A stretch of DNA of 60,000 bases from Mobula hypostoma (taxonomy: Eukaryota). Location: the NCBI RefSeq assembly GCF_963921235.1, contig NC_086097.1, forward strand, positions 143,346,001 through 143,406,000. Reading direction: 5' to 3'. The notes beneath the pieces were generated by a model that ran no database searches, was not told the DNA's origin, and was given only the letters and a program-made list of their open reading frames with translations. The stretch's first letter is position 1, and the number at the start of each line of letters is the position of its first letter. Both the position numbers and the translations under genes were made by a program. Shown piece by piece: positions 1 to 12,814 of the stretch.

Positions 1-329
1 TGTGGGCCAGCAGCCTGTGCTGTGTGAACAACACTGTTTGCAAGGCTGCGCTTTTAACTTCAAAACTAATTGATGCTTGCAATTTACATTAAGAACCGAA
101 GACTGGTTCTTGTTTACAACAAGAAGCTGAGCAAGGGATATTAGTTAGAAGTCTGATCTTGTCACCAACAGATATGACCCTATGGAAATGTCATACTGCT
201 GTACTAAAAAGCTAAGGTTAGCACAAGGCTCTCAGGCCCTGGAAGGCAAATACCTGTTGTACTGTAGTCACTGCACAAGCAGATGGCAGAAAGAGCCCAG
301 AAATAAAGAAATGTATCTTCTTCATAGGA

Positions 330-1150
330 CGTCCCTCAGGGCATTGGAAAACTTGGTTTTATTATAGCTCTGTGGGTTGTGAAGAGGATAAAGAGACCCG
401 TGTAGGACTTGGCCGCAAGTGGGGTAGTTAATACTTGGTTAGTTAGCTTGGGACATTGTGTGCATCTTTTACCACTTGCACAAAACCTCCACATTCTCCT
501 GTGGAAGAGACTGAAGACAGCCAGTGCCTTTCTAACTGGTTATGAGCCAGGGATTTCCACCAGTTCATGAGAGTCTTCCATTTCTACAAGGAGGCTTTGA
601 AAATGTCCTTGAAGTATTTTCTCTGACCTCTAGGAAATGGCTTGTCATGTTTGGAGCCAAGAGGAGAGTGCTTAGTTTTGGAATTCTGTCTGCATGCCAA
701 ACACCAGTAATGGCCTGCACTGAAGCTGGCTGAGTGTCATCAGAACCTCGAGGCTGAGGATATTTACCTCAGAGGACACAGACTGCCGCGGTCAGCCTTT
801 ACTGGCAGTGGAGTTGGAGGAGCTTGTGGAAATTGCGGTGATTGCTTTTCTTCAGTCATCCTCGCAGGAGACAGAAGTGCGATGGTATTCAGGCAGCCAG
901 AGGCTGTGTTGGAGATCTGGAGATGGGTGGTGCATTACATCATGAATGTCTGCCTTCATTGAAGGGTGGCTCCTGTGATATGGGAAGTTTTCCAGTGAGT
1001 CTCCATGGATCTTGTTACTTAAGAAGTGGGTTCTCCTGTAGTTGGAGACTAGTAGAGGACAATGCCTTCCAGATACTTGGTGTAATCCTTAGTGCTTCAG
1101 TGCTAGAGTTCGGTGTGACTTGGAACAGCGGTTGTCCACATTCAGTGAAT
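330..1150 (-). mobile_element. Degenerate RTE-type LINE 3' fragment
   Basis: The reverse complement near 590-720 reads like the RTE C-terminal GH...RIPK...GQRKYFKDIFKAS; many disruptions. Confidence 0.55.
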
Positions 1151-2429
1151 CACTGATTGAAATTGTATCTGCAGTGTTTATGAATATTCTTGGCACAAAA
1201 TGGCTGCTAGTTTCCTACTGGGCATGTGTTCACGACATTAAGAATAATTTTTAAGAAATTTATGAATGAGTAGCTAAGCTGGTGGGTTGCAGCTCAGAAT
1301 ATAAAACATTGCTAGAGCTTGGAAAGTTTGTAGGAAAGATTCATTTGGAACAGAGAACAGTTAGAGAGCATATAGTTCAGAATTTAGAAGTCTGTTGATA
1401 GTAGAGTGGTAATACTGAGTGGAATAAGAGATTTTATGGTTATAAAATGCTAGAGTAGTATGTTGGATTTTAAGTGAAATAATTAGTTTTATTTTCAATT
1501 GCAAGAACGTAGTGAGAAGGATGTGAATATATGATGTACATGGAGGAGCACATAACATTAAAGAATGAAGTCTGCTCACTGACTGCGGTTTCTCCAGGTG
1601 CTGCCTGTCCACTACAATGCAGAGCAGGAAATTTACTAACTTCCTGGGCACAGAAGTTCATGCATTGTTACTGCCATTCTCAGCAACGCTGAAATTACAG
1701 CAATTAGTGAACAAATCGCTCTCTGTGCATATCTGAAGTAACTCGGGGGATTAGGGGGTGTCTGGAATAGGCATACAGAAGAGTGTGGCAGTCTAGAGTA
1801 AGTTGTGCAGGAGATGGGCCTGAACAAGTTATGAATAGTGAAATAAAATTAAGGTGTGTTGGAGGATCACGCACTGAAGAGATCATCTTTGGAGTTCTGG
1901 GTATAGAACTGTTTTCCCTATTTAAGGAAGAATGTTAATGTATTGTTAATAATTTTTAGATTACTGGAATAATCTCTGGAATGGACCCATAGTCTTATGC
2001 TAAAAGACTAAACAGAGAGGTATTATATTCACTGGTCGATTGTCAATGGCAAGATAAATGTACATAAACATCTTGCAAACTAAAAACAGGACAAGCTTTA
2101 AATTTTAAAGAAGTCAAACCATTAAGTCACAGTTAAGGATTTAAAATGGTAATAGTAATCGGTCCAATGGGGAACAGGAACACCTGTCTTGGCTGAGTTG
2201 CTTATGTGAAAGGCTGGGCAAGTTAGACTTGTTGGACTTCAGAAGAGTGAATGGTGACCTGATTGAATCATATAAGATCCTGAGAGGCCCTGACAAAGTG
2301 TTTGTGGAGAGGATCTTTCCTCTTGTGGCTAAATCTAGAACAAAGGTTTACCGTTAAAAATAAGTGGTCACCTGTTTTGGACAGAAATGATAAACACAAG
2401 GGATTCTGCAGACGCTAGAAACAGCGTTC

Positions 2430-5206
2430 TTACTGATTGTATCACTGGCTACATTAGTTTCTGTGTGAACACTGTACAGTAATGCCATCAACGATTGTTC
2501 GCTATTTCCCTCACAACAAACCATGGGTCACCAGTGATCTAAAGGCTCTTCTCAACCACAGAGAGAGAGCCTTTAGATCAGGAGACGCGGAGGAATTGAA
2601 ACATATGCAGAGGGAGCTAAAGGAGAAGATCAAGGTGGCTAAAGAGGAATACAAAAGGGAGCTGGAGAACAAATTTGGGCGGAGTAAGTGGACAATTTGG
2701 GCAGCACCATTTCCAATTTAACCGTATCTTTCCTATGTGTGATGGACAGTTTGCAGAAATCCACCATGCCATGCAAAGTACTAAGTGCAGTCCTCATGCA
2801 ACTGCTCTGAAAAGTGAAGCTCACCTGAAACTTAACATGGACACCTACCATCTCCTGAGAACTCCCTGTGGTCACCCGCACAGTGGAAATAATTGGACAT
2901 ATGGAGAGGCATGAGGAACATCACTGGCATCAATCGGCCTAGCTGTAGAGCCTTGTAATGCAGCCGTGAATGGGCTAATGAGTTAAACCAATTCTTCAAT
3001 TGGTTTGATAACTGTCCTCCTGACCACAGCCCCCTCACCAGTCCAGGTGCCGAGGCACCCAATGCTCCCTCAGCACTAACACCTCTCCATGTCCCTCCTC
3101 CCATCATCAGTTTAACACAGGCAACCATTGTCTACACCCCTTCCTTGCCCTGCACCTACCATCCACACCTCCACATACCAACTGCTATTGTCCCGATCTT
3201 CACCCCTCCAACCCTGGCCCTCAATTTCAGCCAACTCCCCAGTTATCATGGACTCACCTTCACTACTGAGCAGGTGAGGAGGACTCTGGGGAAACTCAGA
3301 CATGGCAAAGCATTGGGATCAGATGGTGTGAAACCCAGTTCCTCAGGGAGTGAGCTGAGTGGAGTTCTCCAGAGCATCTTCAGTCTGAGTCTCAGCCTGG
3401 AAAGGGTCCCAGCCATGTGGTCCCAGTGCCCAAGGGCCTACTGAAAGTCTTGAACGTCCACCATCCAGTGGCCCTGACCATACCCTGTATACCTTGGACT
3501 TTAGATACAACACTGAGTCATGTCATCTCCAGAAATTCTCTGATGACTCAGCAATAGTTAGGTGTATAAAGGGAGTACGGGATGATGTTTACAGAGCCCT
3601 GGTGGAGGACTTTGTCAAATGGTACAAGCCGATGGGGTTGGACTTTAGGAAGACTAAGCCTGCACTGCTCCCTGTTACTATTGATGGTGAGGATGTGGAT
3701 GTGGTGAGGATCTATAAGTACCTGGGGGTGCACCTGAATGACAGACTGGAGTGGAGCACCAACACAGAGGCTGTGTACAAGAAGGGCCAGGGTCACCTCT
3801 ACTTCCTGAGGAGACTGAGGTGCTTTGGAGTATGCAGGCCTCTCCTTCTCATGTTCTACCAGTCTGTTGTCACCAGTACAATCTTCCATGTAGTGGTGTG
3901 CTGGGGAAATGGCATCAACACGGGTGATGCCAATAGGCTCAATAAACTGATGAGAAAGGCTGGCTCTGTTATAGGAGTAAATTGGACACAGTGGATGCTG
4001 TGGTAGAACAAAGGACCCTATGGAAAATTCTGGCAATTATGGACAATATTTCTCACCCTGTGTATGCCACCTTGGCTAACAGAGGAACACTTTCAGTAAT
4101 AGACTAAGGCTACGTCCGCACTAGACCGGATAAATCCATAACCGAAGCTTCTTCTCTTCATTTTGACCCTCCGTCCATACTGAAACGGTGTTTTCCTCCC
4201 CCGAAAATGGAGCTTTTCTAAAACACTCTCCAGAGTGTTCAAATCTGAAAACACTGGATGGCCGTTGTAGTGTGTACGGGGTAACCGGCTAATTTAAAAC
4301 TGCTGTCATGACATGCTGGAACAGATGGTGGTGGCAGCGTGGCATTTCATTGTTTTCTTGAATGCAATCTCCAACACCACAACAATATCTGACAATAGAT
4401 GTGTAACAGCCTAATGTAACATTGTATGGAAATACAAGATAACACTGATGCAGACATGTTTTATACATTTAACAAGGTGCTTTATTAATGTATTGCTTGT
4501 GCAAACATTCAATAGATGCAATTGTCACTTTTGCCCAGTAACTCGTTTTATTGCACATGTTAAATACAGCAAAATAATACACAAAGACATGGCAAGAGTA
4601 AAGACAAACAAATGAGGTAACAGCAAATTTCACTTTTGCATTTAGTTGTAGCTGTTGTCCCTTTCATCGGTGAAGAGACTATGGCTGTAGGAAATGTTCC
4701 TGGACAAATGCGCACCAAGTCTTTCGTTTGGCAAATTCTTTTTAAGTTTTTCTAGTCTGTAACTGGACAAACGCGCACCAAGTATACCGTTTCCTCTTCG
4801 CTTGTTTTCTGTGTGTCCTGCGCCTGCCCAGTAGGAGGAGATTCACCCAAATATTCGTTTTAATGTGGACAGAGGTATTTTTAAAAACACCTAGTGTGAA
4901 TGCCTGTCGTTTTTACGCAAAACCAGTGTTTTCAAAATTATCCGGTCTAGTGTGGATGTAACTGCACTGCCCCAAAGAGCGCTATAGGAGGTAATTCTTA
5001 CTCTCTGCCAGAAGACTCTATAATGAGTCAACCTATAGACAGGGAAGTGATGACCTCTTCCTGTTAGACTGTTTAAGGTAACTTAATTTTTTATTATTAC
5101 TTACTTCTCTTCCAATGCTTGTATATTTGTATATCTGTGCACTTGTAATGCTACAGTGACACTGAAATTTCCTTTGGGATCAATAAAGTATCTATCTATC
5201 TATCTA
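2430..5206 (+). mobile_element. Rex1/Babar-like non-LTR retrotransposon, decayed and internally deleted, interrupted at 2702-2879 and 4108-4960
   Basis: Peptides FPHNKPWVT, LQKFSDDSAIV and YKYLGVHLNDRLEW. The 3' end is gggatcaataaagta(tcta)n. Near-identical in shared segments to the copy at 20310-21625. Confidence 0.85.
4108..4960. mobile_element. Non-autonomous DNA transposon with terminal inverted repeats (PIF/Harbinger-like)
   Basis: Left end TAA|ggctacgtccgcactagaccggataa; right end ttatccggtctagtgtggatgta. Inserted at a TAA within the Rex1-like copy. Confidence 0.75.
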
Positions 5207-5209
5207 GTG

Positions 5210-5600
5210 AGCAATACACACAAAATCCTGGAGAAATTCAGCAAGTCTGGCATATCTATTGAGGGAAAAAAAAGTCAACATTTTGGCTGAGACTCTTCAT
5301 TAGGACTGGAAAGGAAGGGGGCAGAAGACAGAACAAGTTGAGGGGAGGGGAAGGAGTATAAGCTGGCAGGTGATAGGAGAGGCCAGGTGAGGGAAAAGAT
5401 GGAGGGGATGAAATAAATGCTGGGAATGGACAGATGGAAGAGAGAAAGGGCTGAAGAAGGAGGAATCTCATAGAAGACATTTTGGGAAGGAGCAGGGAAA
5501 CCAGAGAGAAGTGAATGTGCAGGCGAGGTGAAAAGGAGTGCGGGTAAACAGAATGGGGAACAGAAAAAGAGGGAGGGAAGATGTTGGAGAAATTGATGAC
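5210..5600 (-). mobile_element. Penelope-like element 3' tail fragment (degenerate)
   Basis: Homologous to the tail at 25255-25680 (cacacaaaat...ctggag...cagca; gagactcttcattaggactgg), followed by a purine-rich tract. Confidence 0.7.
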
Positions 5601-5929
5601 CTATACCGCCTCACACAACCCACTCACCTTCCCCCTCAATTGGTCACTTATGAGTTACACAGTGAGTTACACAGTAGACAATGAGAATTACGAGATATTG
5701 AGAGTCAGGAATGAGTGAAGTGGAGATAGTGAATGTCGGGAGAGAGCTACATGGGGGATAATGAGTGTTGGGAGTGAGTTATGCGCGAGATCCTACCTTA
5801 AAACAACATTAGACCATCGAATCCATGGGAGCAATCCCATTCATCCCATACCTCTGTCTTTATTTCCCAAAACTCCTGTAATTTATTCTCTCTCACACAT
5901 GCCTTTCAACTCCCTTTTGAATCTTTTTA

Positions 5930-6215
5930 CTGTTAACCTGCACTAAGTGGTAACTTAAAGTATCCTATTAACCTACCAACATTCCCAAGCATGCATTACT
6001 AAATGACAATAAAAGGGGACTGCATGTCCTCATTATCTAATCTAATCTAATCTAATCTAATCTTTGGGACGTGAGCATAAATTGGAGTACCTGGAGGAAA
6101 CACATACAGTCATGGAAAGCATGTAAAAACTCTTCAGAGGTAACTCCCAAGGTCAAGATCAAACCTGAGCCTCTGGGGCCATGAGGTAGCAGCATAACAG
6201 TTGTGGGAGTGTGTC
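5930..6215 (-). mobile_element. Degenerate tRNA-derived V-core SINE with an inserted (TCTAA)n-tailed fragment
   Basis: ttggagtacctggaggaaacacatacagtcatgg is the reverse complement of the SINE core seen at 46065-46380; (atcta)n at about 6035-6063. Confidence 0.5.
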
Positions 6216-6346
6216 TCTCACAGAGATGGTGGATAACTGGAGCGAATCACAATAGGAATAGTGAATATTTCCATGGTAAGATCCCAGGAGATAGTGAGTG
6301 ACCACAGTGAGTTCACAGGCGAAGCTAAATTCCCATTGTAAGCTCC

Positions 6347-6460
6347 CAGGAGATGGCGGGTGACCACAGGGAGTTCACAGGAGATGGCGGGTGACCACAG
6401 TGAACTGACAGGAGATGGCGGGTGACCACAGGGAGTTCACAGGAGATGGTGGGTGACCAT
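6347..6460 (+). repeat. 31-bp tandem repeat, about 3.7 copies
   Basis: Unit caggagatggcgggtgaccacagggagttca; a diverged extra unit lies at about 6285-6319. Confidence 0.9.
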
Positions 6461-6494
6461 GTTAAGTTTCAGGTGAGCTTCACTTTTCAGAGCA

Positions 6495-7060
6495 GTTGCA
6501 TGAGGACTGCACTTAGTGCTTTGCATGGCATGGTGGATTTCTGCAAACTGTCCATCACACATAGGAAAGATGCGGTTAAATTGGAAATGGTGCTGAAATA
6601 TTCATGTGGATTTTGTCAGGACTAGACAGTCTGAGTTATAGGGAAGAGGTTGATGAGGATGGGTCTTCATTCCTTGGAACAAAGGAGACTAAGCGGCAAC
6701 CTCACAGAATTTTTTAAGATTATGGGAGGCAGATATATGGTGGAGGGAGATGGTCTTTTCCCCAGGGAAAGGGAGCCCAAACTGAGGGGATAGGTTTAGG
6801 ATGATAGGGGAAAGCTGTGAAATGGATCCAAGGGGCAACTCATTCATGCAGAGGGTGGTGAGTATATGGAATGAACTGCCAGAGGTAGTGGTTGAAGCTG
6901 GTACATAGTATAATTTAAGAAGCACTTGAACAAGTGCAGACAGTGACAGGGCTTGCAAGGATATGGGTCGAACACAGGAAGTTGGGATCAGCTGGGAAGA
7001 CACCTGATCAGCTCGGCCCTGTTTGGCTGAAGTGGCTTTATCTATGATGAATGGCACTGT
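6495..7060 (+). mobile_element. Old CR1 LINE 3' fragment
   Basis: ataggaaagatgcggttaaattggaa (RKD.VKLE) and atgcagagggtggtgagtatatggaatgaactgccagagg (QRVVSIWNELPE). Confidence 0.7.
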
Positions 7061-8689
7061 AACCATGGTGATCCAAAAGCAAATTTACAGGGATAATGGA
7101 TATTGGAAATCAAGTTCATACACAGTGGTGAGGTCCTGATGGAGAATGACAGGAAGAGCAAGAGCAGTAATTGAAGCAGCGATCATAGCAGGGGATAGAG
7201 AATCATATCAGGCAAGCAAAGGAGAAGAGTAATGGGAGTAAGACAGTGAGAAAGTGGAGATTCAAAGGGGAGAGATAGTGGATGAGAAAGAGCCAGTACA
7301 GATTTAGAGATGAGAATATGAGAGAGAAAAGGAAACTGCAGAGGTAGAGGAGAGAACCAGTGAAAGAAGTGGCAGATACAAAGACAAGGAGGAGAAATAC
7401 ACACCTTGGCCAGCATCATGGCAATCCATTACCACATATGGCAGAGTGCTGGGTAGTTAAATGCTATTTCCCTTTGCATTTTGGAGCTGCGTATTTCCAT
7501 CAAACCTCACCAAATTATCAGCTTATTCATTGAAATACTATTCAAAGGCCTTTACTCAGGCAATAATACATAGACGATAACAAGAAGTAGGGCCTCACTA
7601 AATAATGTTTCATATACTCCAGCCTAATAATGCTTTCACTAGCCCATTTCTTCATACTACACTCAGATACTCCTTACAGAGCCCAATATACTGACTAATC
7701 ACACCTGAAAATCACATATTCAATTTGAGACTACAGATCTGTACATTAATGATTACCAGTGCTTCACCGCTAACTTCACTATTCCACTGAGTGGGAGTTC
7801 TAGCCAATATTTATCACTCAGCCAATGTAATAGAACAAATTATTTAATCATTGCTGTTTGTGAAAGTTTGTGAGAAAACTTAGAAGCTTCTAAATATCAA
7901 ACATATCACCAAGGCTCTCTTTTCCAAGAAGAATCTGGTCTGTTTGTGCAATCCCTTCATATAATGCACTCACACAATTTTCTCAATCATCTGGTTGCTT
8001 TTACTGAATCTTTTCAATAACTAAACTCATCTTCCTCTTCTAATGTCACCATGATGATGCATAAAGCACTCAAGTCATTTGACTAAAAAGCACCATGGTT
8101 CCTTTACTCTTTCAGCTCAATATCAACCTTTTAAAATGTCCCAGTCTTTGGTCTCCCTTTTCTGATGCAACCAGACATTTTTATTGTGAGTTTACCATTT
8201 ATCAGTTAGGACTCCTGCATCTCTATTACTATTTTGCAATGAAATTAAGCTTCTTTTATGAATTTTTGCATTCCTTTACACTAAAGTCATCCACCATCTG
8301 TCTGCTTACTTTCCAAGAGCAAACATATCCTCCTTTAGCCTACCCTGTTTAGCTGTAAATTTCATCTGTCACCTTCATTAACTTTGTAGTATCTGCCACA
8401 GTATTGCTGATAAACTGCAGACATAAATTCAACAAATAGGCCTCCATGGACTCCCACTGATGTTGGTCTTTATACTATTTTTATAACCTTCTGGGTTCAA
8501 TTAATTATCGAGTGCAAACTGTTTTCAATGTTACTCAATTTACCTTCAATGCAAACATTTCCAGAGGAATTGTATTCAAGATTTTACCAAAATCCAAATT
8601 CATCCAGACCCTCATATTCAAAACTCTTAAAGAAAACCCATAAGGCAGGCTGTTAATCTGCAGTTGTGTTGGGTCTGCGGTCTAGAAAC

Positions 8690-9600
8690 GGCCACGAAAT
8701 CCAAAATTGAGTCCATTATTAAGAGATTTGGGGTACTGCGAGGCACATGATAAAATAAATCAGAGTCAGTATGGTTTCTTAAGGGGAAACCTTTGCCTGA
8801 CAGACCTGTTGGAATTCTTTGAAGAAATAACAAGCAGGATAGACAAAGGAGAATCAGTGGATGTTGTTTACTTAGATATTCAGAAGACCTTTGACAAGGT
8901 ACCATACATGAGGCTGCTAAAGAGGATCAGAACCCATGGTATTAAATGAAATATACAAGCAGGATAGGACTGGCAGGTGGCAATGAGTGGGAATAAAGAG
9001 AGCCTTTGCTGGGTGGCTGTTGGTGACTAATGGTGTTCCACAGGAATCTGTGATGGGACTGTTCCTTCACATGTTATATGTCAATGAAAGGGATAGATAA
9101 CATAGAAGTAGGAAAGTTGTTTCCATTGGTAGGTGAGACTAGAACTAGGGGACATTGCCTCAAGATTCAGGGAGAAGATTTAGGATGGAGATGAGGAGAA
9201 ACTGTTTTTCCCAGAGAGGTGAATCTGTGGAATTCTCTGCCCAGGGAAGCAATTGAGGCTTCTTCACTAAATATATTTAAGATACAGTTAGATAGATTTT
9301 TACATAGTAAGGGAATTAAGGGTTATGGGGAAAAGGCAGGTAGATGGAGCTGAGTTTACAGACAGATCAGTCATGATCTTATTGAATGGTGGGGCAGGTT
9401 CGATGGGCCGGATGGCCTACTCCTGCTCCTATTTCTTATGTTCTCATGATTTGGAAGGTGGAATTGATGGCTTTGTGGCCAAATTTATGGACGATACAAA
9501 GATAGGTGAGGGAGGGTGGGTAGGATTGAAAAAGGGAGTCTAGACAGATTAGAAAAATGGGCAAAGAAGTGGTAGATGGAATGCAGTGTTGGAATGATAT
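8690..9600 (+). mobile_element. CR1 RT fragment with a nested younger CR1 3' end (9088-9445)
   Basis: SQYGFLRG.CLTDLLEFFEE and VDVVYLDIQKTFDKVP; the host resumes with LEGGIDGFVAKFMDDTKIG after the insert. Confidence 0.85.
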
Positions 9601-11764
9601 AGGTATTGGAATGCACCTACATTCAAAATTACACTATCCATTTTCATATTGTTAACTAAAAGAAGCAACCAGAAAGAAATACACACAAAATGCCTATCTT
9701 GCTTTGTACAGCAATTAAGGAGAATAAGGAGATTTCCCTATCAGGTGAATGAATGTAAAAAAGTTGTGTAGTTTGATTGATTTAACGTTAACATATCAAG
9801 ATAACACATTATATTTCAGCAAACATGATTCAGATTGTGTTTAGATAGTGCTGAGCAATGGCTTCCCGGAGATGCTTGTTCTCACTTAGCCTCTCAAACT
9901 GCCTCATATGCCAAAAGAAATCAAAATGCTCATTTGGTTTGCTTTTACATGTAGTCAACCACAAACAGTAAGAGTGAAGTCACACTTTGTTCCACATTAT
10001 AGAAGACTCTGAGGTTCATGTGTTTTAAGGATATTTGTGTGTGTGTTTTATGGTGAGATTTCACTCCTGTACTCTTGGGCACCATTTCACATTCATAAAC
10101 TGCTGCAATAATGCTTGAACTCTTAGCTTCTAGATTTTTATCACTAGGCCAGAATCCATCATCCATCACCTCTTGGGAAAATTGATTGTTTCTGGGGCAA
10201 GGACACATTTTTATGGGTAAATTATGCCCTCCAGTACTTGTGTGAAGCTGTGCCACTGTTACTTACCGAGGGTCTCTGGATGTGTGTTGCACCTTCCTCC
10301 ATGAATCCCCTGTAAAATTCATTTAGTCATATTTCAGTCACAGCCCACAAAGCTGAGACGCCCTTGACCAGGGCAACCAGTGCCAATCCGTTACTACGAT
10401 GTCCCTTGTTTGTTCTTGACATACTGTTTTTAGTAAGGGATTTGATAAAGCCCAAATTTTCTTTATAATAAGTAACTGGGAGATTGATCAGAAAACTAAA
10501 AGCTTACTGCATCTATGAAAGTGTGCCAATTTAGATTAAAGTGAAGGACAGTAGACAGCATGGTTTTAGAATCAGGAATATGTTATAGGTTACCTAGCTC
10601 CATTGCTAGTTGATGTATATCAATGTTATGAACTTAGTTGTCTAATATTAAGTGTAGGTAAAACCATAAGACATTGGAGCAGAATTAGGCCATTTGACCT
10701 ATCGAGTCTGCTTTGCCATTAATCATAGTTTCTGACAGATCATGTTTTTTTACAGTTTCATTGTTTTTATTTCCTGATTAGAGAATTAATGATTGTTTTG
10801 CTTCAGGCCGTGGCTGTTTTTGTAACGGCCTCTGATTTGGTTTTCCATGAAAGCTCGCCATGACCTTGCAGGTGTTAAATTTAATAGCTTCATTTTTTTT
10901 TTGGTTGATGTTCTAATGTCTTTGCATAATTTGTATTTGGTCGGGGGTTTGTTAGTCTGGCACTGGACCCTCATTAACTCGTACACTTGTTTGACTTTCT
11001 GGGTTGATTGTTTTGTCTGGTTTTGGGAGAGTAGTTAGCATGGCATGAATTCTTTCATTAAAGGGGCAATGCTGCCCCCCCACAGTGCTCGGTCATTATT
11101 GATCCTAGTTTGGACTGTTTCTGACCGAGGTTTTCTGTTCTCTGTGTCCTTGTGTTACTCAAGGTTTGATTTAGTTTAACTCTTAATTTTACTGTTTACT
11201 GCTCTTTATAGTGATTTTTTTTGATATTTAGAAACTTTTCAGTTCATTACTTTTGGAAGAATCTTTGCTTGACAGATCTTTTTCCATACATGTGTCTAAG
11301 ACTTTTGCACAGTACTGTATAAGGGGTGCTGGAGTAGCAAATTGTTCATGCTGGAATTAGCTTCTTTAGAACAAAGCCAACAGAGGGGAGATTTAATTAT
11401 AAGAGGGATAAGAGTGTACAAGGAGCTATTTTTCCTAGTTGAGGGGGTCAATAACCGGAGAACGGAGATCAAGATAATTGGTATGGAATTAGAGTGGAAT
11501 TGAGGAAAACATTTTTCACCAAGGAAGAGTAGCAGAATGGAACCCAGTGAGGCTGTTAAAGGCAGAGATTCTCAGGTCGTAATTATAAATGAGAATTTGA
11601 AGCTGTAATGCACGAGGACATGGGCAGTGAGCTTGAAAGTGGAATAATCCTTGTTGATCTAAAATTATTGCCAAGTGCCCTATTTTCTGTTGCTGTACTT
11701 TTCTAAAATTCACTGATTCGTTTCCATGAGTACTTTAATTCAGTCAGGGATGCTATTTTATCAG

Positions 11765-12630
11765 TCAGGGAACGGACTGAACTAAGGGGGATAAAACAGA
11801 GTCAAGGTATGCTGATATGAGTTCAGTGGAACAGAAACAAGCTAAAACAATGGGTCTACCTGGACAAGTGGGTTTGTGGACCTTGGGTAGGAGGTAGAAA
11901 TGGGAGGTGCAGGGTGCTGGAACTGCTGGTGAAGGTGGATGGGAGATCTCTAGAGTTAATAAGGTTGGTGATGGTGTGGGAGACAATGGCCTGGTATTCC
12001 TTAGTGGGATCATGTTCAAGGGGTAAGTAAGAGGAGGTGTTTGAGAGTTGGTGCTGCGTCTCAGCAAGGTAGAGGTCAGAACGGCAAACTTCTACAGCAC
12101 CCTCTTATCTGCGGGTTTGACGGTGTAGTTAGGATAGGTGTGCAGGGAGTGGAGAGCTGAGCGTTTGGAAGGAGTGAGGTTGGAATGAGGTTGGAAGCTG
12201 ATGTCCCATCGGCAGTTGGCAATGACAACATCCAGAGCAGGCAGAAGACTAGGGCGGGGTGTCCAGGAAGAGAAGGAGGGTTAAAGATGAGAGAAGGGGT
12301 CATCGGTGCGGAGTGAAGAGTCCTTGCCAAAGAAATAGGCTCACAGATGGAGGCAGCAGAAGAAGAGCTCAGCATCGTAGCGGGCAAGGAACTTACTAAG
12401 GTGTAGGCGCAGGGGGGCAGAGGTGAAGCCCTTACTGAGGACAGAACGTTCTGCCTCAGAGGGGAAAGTCAGAGGGAATGGTGAAGAAGCAACACAGATG
12501 AGAGTTGGGATCGGAGGGGGGACAAAGTTTGGTCATGTCTGAGGGGAAAGGAGGTTTGGGGTGTTCAAGGATGGTAAGGTGAGAGGAAGATGGAGTCTGA
12601 GGACCCAAGAGCTGGCGGTGGGACCTGAGA
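11765..12630 (-). mobile_element. Penelope-like element N-terminal/RT fragment
   Basis: FYLLPKVHKPTCPGRPIVLACFCSTELISAYLD is the typical Penelope RT motif (LPK.HK...RPIV). Confidence 0.85.
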
Positions 12631-12805
12631 AAGACGGGATTGCGTAGTGGTGGTGGGGGAAGGGGAGACGGGATTGCGTAGTGGTGGTGGGGGAAGGGGA
12701 GACGGGATTGTGGAGTGGTGGTGGGGGAGGGGGAGACGGGATTGCAGAGTGGTGGTGGGGGAAGAGGAGACGGGATTGTGGAGTGGTGTTGGGGGAAGGG
12801 GAGAC
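12631..12805 (+). repeat. 34-bp G-rich minisatellite, 5 copies
   Basis: Unit gagacgggattgcgtagtggtggtgggggaaggg. Confidence 0.92.
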
Positions 12806-12814
12806 CGGCTTTAC

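Noticed and set aside
10740..11260. T-rich segment, possibly a LINE ORF1 remnant on the - strand
   Set aside because: No motif I could assign with confidence.
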